Positions 8,411 through 18,999 of a DNA stretch of 64,000 nt are shown here, piece after piece. The number at the start of each line of letters is the position of its first letter. The first letter of the stretch is position 1. Both the position numbers and the translations under genes were made by a program. Source of the DNA: Myxococcota bacterium (GTDB taxonomy: Bacteria > Myxococcota_A > UBA796 > SXON01); the NCBI GenBank assembly GCA_040386535.1, contig JAZKFH010000038.1, positions 91,191 through 155,190 on the forward strand, read 5' to 3'. A model generated the notes under the pieces. It saw only the letters and a program-made list of their open reading frames with translations. It ran no database searches and was not told the DNA's origin.

Positions 8411-10336
8411 ATGCGCTCCCTCTCCCTGCTCGTCCTCTCCGGCTCCGGCCTCCTGCTCTCCGCCCTCGTGCTTCCCGGATGTGTCCTCGAATCCGGGCTG
8501 AACCCGAAGCGGACGGACGCGACGTTCGACACGGGGGAGACAGGGGATGTCCCCATCGACACCGACACCGAGCCCGATGACACGGACACCGACGAGACCG
8601 CCCCGCCGCCGGACTGTGACGACGAGGTGTTCCCGGCGGCCGCGGTCGCGCAGCTCGAGGAGTGCTTCTCCGAGGGCGTCGAGGTCGGCTCCTTCACGCC
8701 CGTCCTCGAGTGGACCAACACCGACCCCGGCGACACCTACACCACGCCCGTCGTCGGGCAGCTCACGGACGACAACGGCAACGGCCGCATCGACGACGGG
8801 GACACCCCCGACGTGGTCGTGGCGAACACCTCCGGCGTGCTCTGGGCCATCTCCGGTGACGGGACGACGCTCTGGAGCGCCGGCAACCTCGGCAGCGAGC
8901 CGATGACCGCGGCCATCGGCGACCTCGACGGGGACGGGTTTCCCGAGGTGGTCGGGTCGGGCTACAGCGGCACCATCGCGGTGCACGGCGAGAACGGCGC
9001 CACGGTGTGGAACGCGGGCGCGGCGAGCTCGCCGGCGTGTGGCGCGGTCGCCATCGCCGACCTCGACGCCGACGGCGCTCCCGAGGTCATCCTCGGCAAC
9101 CTCATCCTGAACGGGCAGACCGGAAGCACCCGCGGCACCGGCGCCTACGGCAAGGGCACCGGCTACTCGGGCGGCGGCGCGGCCACGATGGGCGCGGCGG
9201 CCGACATCAACCGCGACGGGTACCTCGAGGTCGTGGTCGGCAACGCGCTGTACGACGCCGACGGCAACACCATCTGGACCAACGGACTGCCGGACGGGTT
9301 CGTGGCCGTCGCCGACTTCGATGGCGATCCCGCCGGGGAGATCGTCGTGACCTGGAACGGCAACGTTCGCCTCCAGGACGACGACGGCAGCGTGATCTGG
9401 ACCGGCAACTACGTCGGCGGCACCAGCGGCCCGCCGACCGTGGCCGACTTCGACGGCGACGGCGAGCCCGAGATCGGCGTCGCCGGCAACGGCCAGTACA
9501 AGGTCATCGACGCGGACGGCACCACGCTCTGGTCCCGCCCCACGCAAGACTTCTCCAGCGGGTTCACCGGCTCCTCGGTGTTCGACTTCGAGGGCGACGG
9601 CATCGCCGAGGTCGTGTACGCCGACGAGAACGACGTTTTCGTGTTCGACGGCCCGACCGGCGCCATCAAGCTGCGGGAGCCCACCCACTCGTCCGCCACC
9701 TGCAGCGAGTACCCCGCGGTGGCCGATGTCGACGGGGACGGCCACGCCGAGATCATCTACACCTCCAGCGCCTACTCCGGCACCGAGCGGGGTGTTCGTG
9801 TCATCGGGGACGCCGACAACAGTTGGATGCGCGGCCGCAAGGTGTGGAACCAACACGCCTACAGCATCACCAACGTCGAGGACGACGCCACGATTCCCGT
9901 CGTCCCCGACGTGAATTGGGACAGCTACAACAACTTCCGCTCGGGTGACATCACCCCGGGCGAGGGCGGCTACAGCGGCCCCGACCTGTTCCCCTTCCTC
10001 CACGCGGTTTGCGCCGACGAGTGCGAGTCGGGCAACGTGACGGTCTGGTACTCCCTCGGAAACCAGGGCTTCAACGACGTCGAGGACGCCGTGCAGGTCG
10101 AGTTCTGGGGCGACACCGACGCCGGCCGCGTGTTGCTCGGGACCGTGAGCTGGACCGCCGACCTGGTCGCGGGCGTGCGCACCCCGTCCGAGTCGATCGA
10201 GTTCACCGGCGTCCCCTCGCCGCTCTACGATGTCATCGTCACCGTGGACGGCGGCGACGACACCGGCGCGGGCGTGGTCGACGAGTGCTACGAGGACAAC
10301 AACACGGCGAGCTGGGGCAGCGCCGTTTGTTTGTGA
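8411..10336 (+). CDS. FG-GAP/VCBS-repeat lipoprotein with C-terminal CARDB-like domain
   Basis: Lipobox LPGC; many DxDGDGxxE repeats; WNQHAY; C-terminal VDECYEDNN. Confidence 0.85.
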   Translation: MRSLSLLVLSGSGLLLSALVLPGCVLESGLNPKRTDATFDTGETGDVPIDTDTEPDDTDTDETAPPPDCDDEVFPAAAVAQLEECFSEGVEVGSFTPVLEWTNTDPGDTYTTPVVGQLTDDNGNGRIDDGDTPDVVVANTSGVLWAISGDGTTLWSAGNLGSEPMTAAIGDLDGDGFPEVVGSGYSGTIAVHGENGATVWNAGAASSPACGAVAIADLDADGAPEVILGNLILNGQTGSTRGTGAYGKGTGYSGGGAATMGAAADINRDGYLEVVVGNALYDADGNTIWTNGLPDGFVAVADFDGDPAGEIVVTWNGNVRLQDDDGSVIWTGNYVGGTSGPPTVADFDGDGEPEIGVAGNGQYKVIDADGTTLWSRPTQDFSSGFTGSSVFDFEGDGIAEVVYADENDVFVFDGPTGAIKLREPTHSSATCSEYPAVADVDGDGHAEIIYTSSAYSGTERGVRVIGDADNSWMRGRKVWNQHAYSITNVEDDATIPVVPDVNWDSYNNFRSGDITPGEGGYSGPDLFPFLHAVCADECESGNVTVWYSLGNQGFNDVEDAVQVEFWGDTDAGRVLLGTVSWTADLVAGVRTPSESIEFTGVPSPLYDVIVTVDGGDDTGAGVVDECYEDNNTASWGSAVCL

Positions 10337-10392
10337 GGGCGGCCGCGCCGTAACGTCCGGGCCTCGGTGCCCGTGACGCTACGGTCGTGACG

Positions 10393-12177
10393 CTACGACC
10401 CTTCGACGATCGCCAGGAACGCGTCCAGGTCCCGCTTGACGGGACCGAGGGCGCTGGTCCACGTGTCGGGATCGCCGAGATCCACGCCCAGCTCGTCCTT
10501 CGCGATGGGCTCGGCCCACGCGTCCCCCGTGCGGCGGAGGAGCTGCTCGTAGCCCGGCGCGCCCGCGGCCCCGAGGGGGCGGAAGCGCTCGTACACCAGG
10601 TTCGAGAACAGGTATCCGAACGTGTACGGGAAGTTGTAGAACGACAGGGACGGGATGTAGAAGTGCGCCTTGCTGATCCAGTACGTGGGATCGACCTTGG
10701 CGACGGTGGGGCCATACCAACGCGAGAAGATCGCGACGGTCTCGGCCTCGAGCTCGTCGTGGTCGAGCGGGCCCTGGGCGCGGAGGCGGTAGAGCGCCTG
10801 CTCCAGCTCGAAGCGCGCGGGGATGTTGGACAGGAACGCGAGGCCGTCGGCCAGCGACGCGTCTAGCAGGCGGAGGCGGGCGCCCTGGTCGGTGACCTGG
10901 GCGAGCGCGGCCTCGCGCACGAGGAGCTCGGCGAAGGTGGACGCGGTCTCGGCGAGCGTCATCGGGACGCGGCGCTGGGCCGCGGGCACGTCGTGCAGGA
11001 CGTGGTTGTGGAAGGCGTGGCCGAGCTCGTGGGCGAGCGTGCTCACGCTGCGGGCGGAGGCGCCCCACGTCATGAAGATGCGGCTCTGGCGGGAGAGCGG
11101 CAGATCGGCGCAGAAGCCGCCGCCGCGCTTGCCGGGGCGATCCTCGACCTCGATCCAGCGGCCCGCGAGCGCGGTGCGCGCGAAGCCGGCGAGGTTGGGC
11201 GAGAACGCGTCGAACTGCTCCACGATGAAGCGCTGGGCGTCACCGTAGGCGACCTTGCCGCCGCTCGTGCCGATGTGCGCGAACGTGTCCGCCCACGAGA
11301 GCGTGGCCTGGCCCATGTACTTCGCCTTGGCGGCCAGGTAGCGCAGCATCAGCGGCTGGGCGCGGCGCGCCGCCTCGATCATCGCGTCGAGCGTGGCGCG
11401 CTCGACCTTGGCGTTGGCGCAGGGCTCGTCGAGCATGTGGAGCTTGCGACGATCGTTGAGCACCATGCGCGTGCCGGTGAGGTGGGTGAGCACCTTGGCG
11501 GCGCGGGGCGCGAGGGGGCGCCAGCCGGCTTCGAGGGCGACCTCGGCGCGGTCGCGCAGCGCCTTGTCGTCGCTGCCGAGGAGGGGCGCGAGCTGGCCGG
11601 CGGAGAGTTGCTCGACGCCGTTGCCACGGTCGAACGGGATGCGGAGCGCGCCCGCGTCCATATCGTAGAGCTCGCCCCAGCCGTACACGCCGTCCCGCGC
11701 GAGCTCGGCGGAGAGCGCCTCTTCCCGCTCGGGCAGCCGGAACCGCGCCAGACGGCGCTTCTCCCGCAGCATGCCCTCCATGTGGGCGAGCTCGGGGCGG
11801 GCGAGCAGCGCGGCGAACGCGGCATCCGAGCACGTGCTGATGCGCGCGTTCGGCACGACCCAGGCGCGGCCGTACCGGTTGGAGAGATCGTTCGCGAGGG
11901 TGTCCGCGCGCACGGCGGCCTTGCCCGACGCGTCCTCCGCGGCGGCGCACACCGCGTAGGTGCCGAGCTGCTCGAGGCGCTCGGTGATCGAGTGGAGCTC
12001 GAGCAGCGTGCCTGCGAGCGACTCCGCGTCGGGCTCGGCGGGCAGCGCGTCCGCGATGGCCGTCAGCGTGGCGAGGGCCGCGGCCAGCGCGTCCGCCTCA
12101 CGATTGAACGCGTCGCCTCCGGGGCCGCCGGAGAAGACAGAGGCAAGGTCCCAGGTCTCGGTGGGGGCGATGGACAT
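10393..12177 (-). CDS. M3 family oligoendopeptidase (PepF-like)
   Basis: WDL N-terminus, GKRGGGFC, HELGH, AETAS, FYNFPYTFG; RBS GAGGAG upstream. Confidence 0.93.
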   Translation of the reverse strand: MSIAPTETWDLASVFSGGPGGDAFNREADALAAALATLTAIADALPAEPDAESLAGTLLELHSITERLEQLGTYAVCAAAEDASGKAAVRADTLANDLSNRYGRAWVVPNARISTCSDAAFAALLARPELAHMEGMLREKRRLARFRLPEREEALSAELARDGVYGWGELYDMDAGALRIPFDRGNGVEQLSAGQLAPLLGSDDKALRDRAEVALEAGWRPLAPRAAKVLTHLTGTRMVLNDRRKLHMLDEPCANAKVERATLDAMIEAARRAQPLMLRYLAAKAKYMGQATLSWADTFAHIGTSGGKVAYGDAQRFIVEQFDAFSPNLAGFARTALAGRWIEVEDRPGKRGGGFCADLPLSRQSRIFMTWGASARSVSTLAHELGHAFHNHVLHDVPAAQRRVPMTLAETASTFAELLVREAALAQVTDQGARLRLLDASLADGLAFLSNIPARFELEQALYRLRAQGPLDHDELEAETVAIFSRWYGPTVAKVDPTYWISKAHFYIPSLSFYNFPYTFGYLFSNLVYERFRPLGAAGAPGYEQLLRRTGDAWAEPIAKDELGVDLGDPDTWTSALGPVKRDLDAFLAIVEGS

Positions 12178-12260
12178 CGGAGGCTCCTCGGGCAACGCGG
12201 ATCGGGGGTGCTGGCTGATAACCGGCTTGGAACGCGCCTGTCTGCTCTTCGAGAGCGCGG

Positions 12261-14156
12261 CTACTCTTCGAGGTACGTGTACCCCTCGAGGCCGGTCTGG
12301 TACGCCGTGATCATCTTCGCGGCCTCTTCCATCGTCATGCGGTTCTCCTTCAGCGCGCGCTCGGTGGCGCGGCGGACGAGACGCACGAGGTCGTTCTTGG
12401 TGTACTGGACGTACTTGAGCACGTCCGTCACGGTGTCGCCCTCGATGACGTGGTCGATGCGGTAGTTCCCGTCGGTGTCGAGCGACACGTGCACGGCGTT
12501 GGTGTCGCCGAACAGGTTGTGCAGGTCCCCGAGGATCTCCTGGTACGCGCCCACCAGGAAGATACCGAGGTAGTAGGCCTCCTTCCCGTTCAGCGGGTGG
12601 AGCTCGAGAACGTCCTTCACGTCGCGCAGGTCGATGAAGCGGTCGATCTTGCCGTCGGAGTCGCACGTGATGTCGGCGATGATCGCCTTGCGCGTGGGCT
12701 CCTCCTGGAGGCGGTGGATCGGCATGACCGGGAACAGCTGGTCGACCGCCCACGAGTCCGGCGCGGACTGGAACACGGAGAAGTTGCCGAAGTACGTGTC
12801 GGCCAGCGCCTTCTCGAGGCCCTCGAGCTCGTCCGGGACGTAGCTCTGGGCGCGCACGACGTTGAGGATCTTCTGGCAGATCTGCCAGAACAGGCGCTCG
12901 CCGCGGGCGCGCTGCGAGAGATCGAGCAGGCCGAGGTTGAACCGCGACAGCAGATCTTCCTTCGCGGTGATCGCGTCGTGATAGGCCTCCTGGTAGTTCT
13001 TGCGCGTGATGCCGTCGAGGATCTCCTTGAGCTCCTGGAGGATGTCGGGATCCTCCTCGGTGATCTGGGCGTCCTTCGTGTTGTTCATCTCGCTCACGCC
13101 GAGCACGTTGAACACGAGCACGGCGTGATGGGCGGCGGTGGCGCGGCCCGACTCGGTGATGATGTCGGGGTGCGGCACGTCGGCGCGGTCACACGCCTCG
13201 GCGATGGCGCTCACCACGTCGGCCGCGTACTCGTCGACCGTGTAGTTGACCGAGCTCTCGAAGTTGGTGCGGCTGCCGTCATAGTCGACGCCGAGCCCGC
13301 CACCGACGTCGAAGTACTTCATCGGCGCGCCGAGCTTGTGCAGCTCGGTGAAGATGCGGGAGGCCTCCTTCAGCGCGCTCTTGAAGCTGCGGATCGCGCT
13401 GACCTGCGAACCGATGTGGAAGTGCAACAGCTGCACGCAGTCGAGCATGTCGCGCTCGCGCAGGTAGTTGATGCCGTCGACCATCTCGCTGACGGTGAGG
13501 CCGAACTTGGCGCGATCGCCCGCGCTTCCTTCCCACTTGCCCGAGCCGCGCGACGCGAGCTTGGCCCGCATGCCGATGACCGGCCGCACGCCGACGCGCT
13601 GCGAGATCTCGAGGATGAGCGGGAACTCGGAGAACTTCTCGACCACGATGATCGGGTTCCGGCCGAGCTTCTTCGCCATGAGGGCGGTCTCGATGAACTC
13701 GGCGTCCTTGTAGCCGTTGCAGAGGATCAGGGCCTCCGGATCGTCGAGCACCGCGAGCACGATGAGCAGCTCGGGCTTGCTGCCCGCCTCGAGGCCCATG
13801 TGGAACGGCTCGGAGAACCGCACGAGGTCCTCGACGAGGTGCCGCTGCTGGTTGACCTTGATCGGGTACACCCCGCGATAACGCCCGGTGTAGTCGTAAT
13901 ACTTGATGGCGTTGTGGAACGACGTCGCGAGCGTGCGGATGCGCGACTTGAGGATGTCGGTGAACCGGACGAGGATCGGCAGGTTGATGCCGCGCTTCTC
14001 CAGGTCGTCGATCAGCACCTTCAGGTCGATCGCGTCGGACCGCGGGCCCGCGGGCGTGACCTCGATGTTGCCCGATTCGTTGATCCGGAAGAAGTCCCGT
14101 CCCCAATTCCGGATGTTGTACAGCTCGATGCTGTCCTGAATCGACCAACTCCGCAT
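12261..14156 (-). CDS. speA: Biosynthetic arginine decarboxylase
   Basis: YPIKVNQ PLP lysine, EAGSKPEL, HFHIGSQ, DVGGGLGVDYDG, TCDSDG, GAYQEILGDLHNLFG. Confidence 0.97.
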   Translation of the reverse strand: MRSWSIQDSIELYNIRNWGRDFFRINESGNIEVTPAGPRSDAIDLKVLIDDLEKRGINLPILVRFTDILKSRIRTLATSFHNAIKYYDYTGRYRGVYPIKVNQQRHLVEDLVRFSEPFHMGLEAGSKPELLIVLAVLDDPEALILCNGYKDAEFIETALMAKKLGRNPIIVVEKFSEFPLILEISQRVGVRPVIGMRAKLASRGSGKWEGSAGDRAKFGLTVSEMVDGINYLRERDMLDCVQLLHFHIGSQVSAIRSFKSALKEASRIFTELHKLGAPMKYFDVGGGLGVDYDGSRTNFESSVNYTVDEYAADVVSAIAEACDRADVPHPDIITESGRATAAHHAVLVFNVLGVSEMNNTKDAQITEEDPDILQELKEILDGITRKNYQEAYHDAITAKEDLLSRFNLGLLDLSQRARGERLFWQICQKILNVVRAQSYVPDELEGLEKALADTYFGNFSVFQSAPDSWAVDQLFPVMPIHRLQEEPTRKAIIADITCDSDGKIDRFIDLRDVKDVLELHPLNGKEAYYLGIFLVGAYQEILGDLHNLFGDTNAVHVSLDTDGNYRIDHVIEGDTVTDVLKYVQYTKNDLVRLVRRATERALKENRMTMEEAAKMITAYQTGLEGYTYLEE

Positions 14157-14479
14157 GCCTGCTCCCGCGCGAGCGCGGCACCTAACACGTGGGGAAACGG
14201 ATCCTCGATCTATGCGAACCCGGCGGAAGAGGGGCGCAAGCGGAGTGCGGATGCACGGGTGCATGGTGGCCGGGCTACGGCCGCGCGTGAGCAGTGATCA
14301 GCCAGGGGTGGACGTGCCGCACGTGGCCGGTCGTGGGGTTCGCCGAGCTTGCCTGGGCGAGGTACGCCCCCGGAGCTCCCGCGGCTCGCCGACCCAGTGA
14401 AGCATCTTGGTCGGCGGCCGAGCGTCCCTCCACGCCACCCGAAGGTCGGCGCGGACCCGTCCGGTGAGCTTGTGGTGCT

Positions 14480-14498
14480 ATCTTAGCAATGCTAAGAT
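14480..14498. promoter_or_regulatory. Perfect AT-rich palindrome, probable TetR operator
   Basis: ATCTTAGCA-A-TGCTAAGAT, 6 bp upstream of the TetR GTG start. Confidence 0.7.
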
Positions 14499-14504
14499 GA
14501 GTAC

Positions 14505-15110
14505 GTGAAGGAACCCCTGACCTCTCGCCCCCGCCCCAAGGCCCGTTACCACCACGGCAATCTCCACGAGGCGGCGCTGCGCCGTGGCCGCGAGCTCGTC
14601 GCTCTGTTCGGGCCCGACGCGCTCACCCTTCGTGGCCTCGCGCGCGACCTCGGCGTGACGGCCACGGCGCTGGTCTACCACTTCGGTTCACGGGCGGGGC
14701 TCCGCTCGGCGGTCGCGGCAGCGGTGCTCGCCGATCTCGAAAAGTCTGCCTTTACGGAGGCTATCGGCGCCGCACGCGCGTCTCCGGAGGTCGTCGGTTC
14801 CGCCTGGGTTGCCTACGCCGAGAAGAACCCCTTCCTCTATCGGCTCGCGTCCGGAGAAGGTTGGCGTGACCAGCCCCGGGTGCCGAACGGGGTCGACGCC
14901 GGTCCACTCAAGGTGCCCTCTCCCCGCCGCGTTCTCCAGAGCGCGTTCGCCCGTCGCACGCGCCGTCTCGGGCTCCCCGCGGGTGACCAGGCGCGCGCCG
15001 AGCTGTACTCGTTCAGCATCCACGGGTTGGCGCTGGCCCGGATGGACGGGGCCGGCCGGGACGCCGTCGCCCACGCCTTGGGTCAGCTGGCGCAAGCTCC
15101 CCCGGGCTAG
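14505..15110 (+). CDS. TetR/AcrR family regulator (WHG-like C-terminus)
   Basis: YHHGNL..; LTLRGLARDLGVTATALVYHFG HTH; IHGLA. Confidence 0.9.
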   Translation: MKEPLTSRPRPKARYHHGNLHEAALRRGRELVALFGPDALTLRGLARDLGVTATALVYHFGSRAGLRSAVAAAVLADLEKSAFTEAIGAARASPEVVGSAWVAYAEKNPFLYRLASGEGWRDQPRVPNGVDAGPLKVPSPRRVLQSAFARRTRRLGLPAGDQARAELYSFSIHGLALARMDGAGRDAVAHALGQLAQAPPG

Positions 15111-15165
15111 AACGTGCCCGCCCTACAGACAGCGCGTGCCCCACAGGCAGCGCGCGGGCGGGCCG

Positions 15166-15333
15166 CCGCGCGAGGGCGACCAGAGGGCGGCGTGGGCCGT
15201 GTCGATGTCGACGACCACCCTACCGACAGCCGGCCCACGCCGGTCCGGCCCGCGCGCAGCGGGCCGACCGAGCCGCTCGCGGCGAGCCCGGCGGACGCCC
15301 GACCCGGCGCCTCGCCGGGGCGCGCCCCGATCC
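15166..15333 (+). repeat. Dispersed structured element, copy with elongated stem 1
   Basis: CCGCG-cg-AGG..GGGC-GGCgtgggcc..ggcccacGCC-GGTC..GACC-gag..GCCC..cccggcgcctcgccggg..atcc. Confidence 0.75.
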
Positions 15334-15354
15334 GCACCCTGACTCCGAGCCGCG

Positions 15355-17205
15355 CTACTTCCGGCCTTCGCCCGCGTTCTTCGGCGGGGGGCGCTTCTCG
15401 CCCGCGAGCGGCGGCGGCACCGAGAAGACGATCGAGGGGGGCCGCGGGGCCTGGAGCGAGAGGGTGGGGCCGCCGAGGTGGAGCGCGCGCGGCCATTCGA
15501 ACGTGGTGATGGGGACCACGGCGACGCCGTCGGGGGCGGAGGGTTTCCACGCCGAGGCGTCCCACGCCTTGACGCGCTTGCCGGTCGCGACGGGCTTGCC
15601 GAAGAGCGTGGTGAACAGGGCATCGTAGACGTTCACGAGCGGGCGCAGCGTGAGCGGGAAGTACTCCTGGTTCACGACGTAGGTGCGGGCGCCGGCGTCG
15701 ATGAGCGCGGCCAGATCGGCCTCGCGGAAGGTGAACGTGGTCGCGAGCTCGGCGCGGTCGAGCCGCTGCAACTCGGTGAGGAAGCTGTTGGCGGCGACGT
15801 AGGTGTCCCACGCGTCGGGGCGCACGCGGTCGACCCACATCGCGTGGCCCGCCAGGAGCGTCTTGCCGTGCAGCAGCTGGTAGACGAGCGTGGTCTGCGC
15901 GCTTGCGACGCCGGGGGCCAAGGGGGGCTCGACGAGGACGGTGCCGGGGAGGTCGCGCAGCAGCGGGTAGAAGCTGTCGGAGAGGTCGGCCTTGGAGAAC
16001 TGCGCACGCCACGGCGCGCCCTGGACGGTGAGCTGCGCGGGCACGGAGAGCGCGAGCAGCGCGAGCAGCCAGGGGCGCCGTAGGATCAGCTGGGCGCCGA
16101 GCACCGCGAGGGTGACGAGCGCGAGGTTCATGACGATGACGTGGCGGTACGGCCACCAGAAGCGGCGCAAAGGGCCGGCCAGGCCGTAGATCCACTCGAA
16201 GGGGCCGTTCGGGATGAGCGCGCCGGCCATCAACGCCGCGAAGAGCAGCGCCACGGCCCAGAGCGACAGGACCACGCGCCGGCGCTCCTTGTCGAAGAGC
16301 GCCACGAACGCCAGGATCACCACCGTGAACGGCAGGGCACGCCCCGCGTGGCGGCCGCTGTTCACGAGGAAGGGGATGCCGGGCCAGGTGCTGTCGCCCA
16401 CGGCCTCGGGGTGGGGAAACACCTCCTCGCCGGTGCCGGGGATGGACGACCAGTACCGCAGGAACACCCACAACAGCGGCGCGACGAGGGCCAGGAACGT
16501 GACGGAGAACACGACGAGCGCGCGCAGATCGGGGCGCGACTCCTTGGGGGCGCCGACCACGTGCCCGAGGAGGAGCACGCCGCCGGCGAGCACGGCGAAC
16601 AGCCCGTAGTACCAGTAGAACAACGACGTGAGCGCCAGGAGCACGGCGGCGCCGACAGCGATGGGGAACGACGGCTTGCCCACGCGCGACGTGCGCAGAA
16701 GATGCAGCCACGCGGCCAGGAAGAACGCCATCCAGCAGAAGCTCACCTGCGAGAAGCGGCCGGCGCCGAGCTCGTGGATGGCGTAGAGCATGACCGCGCT
16801 GCTGGGCACCGCGGTGAGGCTGGCCGCGCGCGAGGCCCCGGCGCCGCGGGCGAGCGCGTACCCGGCGATTCCGTTGAGGGTGAGGATGGCGACGAGGTAG
16901 ATCGTCGCGCCCTTGGGCCAGCCCCAGAGCAGGTGGAACGGGAGGTAGGCGAAGCCCTCGCTGCCGTTGCCCGCGAGCCAGGGCGCATCCCCGACGGGCC
17001 AGTAGTAGCGGTCGTTGTGGAGGATCGAGCCGCCGTCGCGCACCTGCTCGGCCACCCACACCATCAGCCAGTGGTTGGACAGGCAATCCGGGTGGACGAA
17101 GTTGCACAAGATGGTGTCGGCGGGCATGGCGGCCGCCGGGTACGTGCCCGCGAACGCGCACACGAAGGCGAACGCGATGGCGGCGAGCGTCCAGGTGCGC
17201 GACAT
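15355..17205 (-). CDS. Polytopic membrane protein, GT-C/YfhO-like architecture
   Basis: D...HW near N-terminus, YWP.G, ~12 TM segments, RRFWWPYR, periplasmic tail with YQLLHG. Confidence 0.65.
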   Translation of the reverse strand: MSRTWTLAAIAFAFVCAFAGTYPAAAMPADTILCNFVHPDCLSNHWLMVWVAEQVRDGGSILHNDRYYWPVGDAPWLAGNGSEGFAYLPFHLLWGWPKGATIYLVAILTLNGIAGYALARGAGASRAASLTAVPSSAVMLYAIHELGAGRFSQVSFCWMAFFLAAWLHLLRTSRVGKPSFPIAVGAAVLLALTSLFYWYYGLFAVLAGGVLLLGHVVGAPKESRPDLRALVVFSVTFLALVAPLLWVFLRYWSSIPGTGEEVFPHPEAVGDSTWPGIPFLVNSGRHAGRALPFTVVILAFVALFDKERRRVVLSLWAVALLFAALMAGALIPNGPFEWIYGLAGPLRRFWWPYRHVIVMNLALVTLAVLGAQLILRRPWLLALLALSVPAQLTVQGAPWRAQFSKADLSDSFYPLLRDLPGTVLVEPPLAPGVASAQTTLVYQLLHGKTLLAGHAMWVDRVRPDAWDTYVAANSFLTELQRLDRAELATTFTFREADLAALIDAGARTYVVNQEYFPLTLRPLVNVYDALFTTLFGKPVATGKRVKAWDASAWKPSAPDGVAVVPITTFEWPRALHLGGPTLSLQAPRPPSIVFSVPPPLAGEKRPPPKNAGEGRK

Positions 17206-17302
17206 GGGCGGGGTCTATCCGGTGGGGGCGGGCGCGGGCCGGTTACGCCACGGCGATGTCGAGCCCCGCCTGAGCGCTCCCGCCGTCGCGTCGATCGCGG
17301 GC

Positions 17303-18781
17303 GTGGTCCGCGAGCCGCTCGTCCGGGGCGCCGAGCTCGGGATCGGCGTCGTGATCGCGTGTGTGCTGGTCGGGCCCGCCGTGGTCGCGGGTGGGCTCGC
17401 GGGCTCGGCCGGCGCCGAGGTGTACGGCCACGCCTGGGTGCAGTCCTGGGCGGCCGCGGGGTGGCCGGGGTGGCCATCGGGCACGGCGCTCGCGTCGGGC
17501 ACCACGGCGTGGCCGGTGATCGACCCGCTTCCCACGTGGATCCTGGGTGGGCTGGCGCGTGGGATCGGGGCCACGGCCGCGTGGAACCTGTGGGCGTTCG
17601 TCGGCGTCGTGCTCGCCGCGGTGGGCGGGGGGGCGTTCGCGCGCGCGCTCGGTGGGTACGGGATCGTGGGGGCGGTGGGCGTCGCGACGATGCCGATCTT
17701 CCTCGGCTCGCTCACGAGCGGCCTCACCGAGGACTACGCGCTCGGCCTCGTGGCGCTGGCGCTCGCGGCGCTCCTGACCGGGCGGCGGCTGCTCGGCGCC
17801 GCGCTGCTCGGCGGGAGCGCGTGGTGCGGCCTGTACCTCGCGTGGTTGGGCGCGTGGCCGGCGCTCGCCATCGGCCTGCGGCACCTCCGCGATCGGCCGC
17901 TGCGCTGGATCCTGGCGGGGCTGCTCGCCATCGGCATCGCCGCGCCCGCCGCGGCCCCCTTCCGCGGCCGCCTCGGCGGCGAAGGCCATCGCGGCGGCAC
18001 CGTGCCCGCGCGCGCCGAGCCCTTGTGGGCACTCGACCCCTGGCGCGGCGCGGACCTCGCGTCCTTCGGTGCGCCCGGCAAGGTCGACGTGGGCGGCGCC
18101 TTCGTCCGCGAGCACCCCGTGTACCTCGGCTACACGACGCTGGCGCTGGCGGCCGCGGGCGGCTTCCACCCCGCGTGGCTGGGCGTGCTCGCGTGCGCGG
18201 CCGTGGCCCCGGGCGAGCACCTGTCCTGGGCGGGCCAGCCCCTCGGCGTCGACAACCCCGCGCTCGCCGCGTTCCGCGTCCTGCCGTTCGCGGCGCGGTT
18301 CAACCACCACGCGCGCGTGATGTTGCTCGGCCAGCTGCTGCTCGTGGGGCTTGCGGCGCGGGGGGCGCGGCGGCTGGGGGACCGGTTCGGGGGCGGGTTC
18401 GGGGTTGGAGGGGCGGTCGCGCCGGTCGGGATCGCGCTGGTGCTCTTCGCCGAGACGGCCGTCGTCTCGCCGGCGCGTGTGCCGCTGCCGGTGGCGCTGG
18501 ACGCGAGCCCTGCGATCTACGCGGCGCTGACAGCGTTCCCGAAGGACCTGCCCGTGGCGGTGGTGGGCGCGTCGGGCCCCGGCATCCACCCGCAGAAGGT
18601 GTTCTTCGACCAGCGCGCGCACGGCCGGCGCCTGCTCCACAACCCCAACAAGCCGATGGACGGGCGGCCCGGCCCCGGCGTGATCGTGGTGGCGCTCGGG
18701 CCCGCCGTGGCGCGGGTCACGGCGGAGCGGGGGGCGCCGGATGTGGTGGCGGTAGACGGGGCGGCGTGGGGGGTGGAGTAG
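17303..18781 (+). CDS. Polytopic membrane protein, GT-C-like, divergent from the previous gene
   Basis: EVYGHAW, GLTE, VYLG, FNHHAR, DQRAHGR motifs parallel 15355-17205; start uncertain. Confidence 0.6.
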   Translation: MVREPLVRGAELGIGVVIACVLVGPAVVAGGLAGSAGAEVYGHAWVQSWAAAGWPGWPSGTALASGTTAWPVIDPLPTWILGGLARGIGATAAWNLWAFVGVVLAAVGGGAFARALGGYGIVGAVGVATMPIFLGSLTSGLTEDYALGLVALALAALLTGRRLLGAALLGGSAWCGLYLAWLGAWPALAIGLRHLRDRPLRWILAGLLAIGIAAPAAAPFRGRLGGEGHRGGTVPARAEPLWALDPWRGADLASFGAPGKVDVGGAFVREHPVYLGYTTLALAAAGGFHPAWLGVLACAAVAPGEHLSWAGQPLGVDNPALAAFRVLPFAARFNHHARVMLLGQLLLVGLAARGARRLGDRFGGGFGVGGAVAPVGIALVLFAETAVVSPARVPLPVALDASPAIYAALTAFPKDLPVAVVGASGPGIHPQKVFFDQRAHGRRLLHNPNKPMDGRPGPGVIVVALGPAVARVTAERGAPDVVAVDGAAWGVE

Positions 18782-18999
18782 GGGCTCCGTTGGCTCGAGA
18801 GCGGGCGGCCCGGCGCCGCGCTGGGGCGCGCCGAATGTCGCGCTCCGGGCCCCGCTCCCCGCGGAAACCCGCGCCGCACCGCGCTGGAACGGTTCTTGCT
18901 TTCGCGCACGCCATGCATGTTCTCCGGTTTGACTGGCCACAGTGGCGAGGGTCTGCCACGGCGGCTGACGACGGGCGCCGCCCTGCTCAGCGCCTCATC

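Noticed and set aside
14157..14479. Riboswitch upstream of speA
   Set aside because: No recognisable aptamer consensus by eye
15166..15333. Dispersed element as intrinsic terminators or tRNA
   Set aside because: No U-tracts, no T-loop/anticodon/CCA features, and it also occurs upstream of genes and between divergent genes
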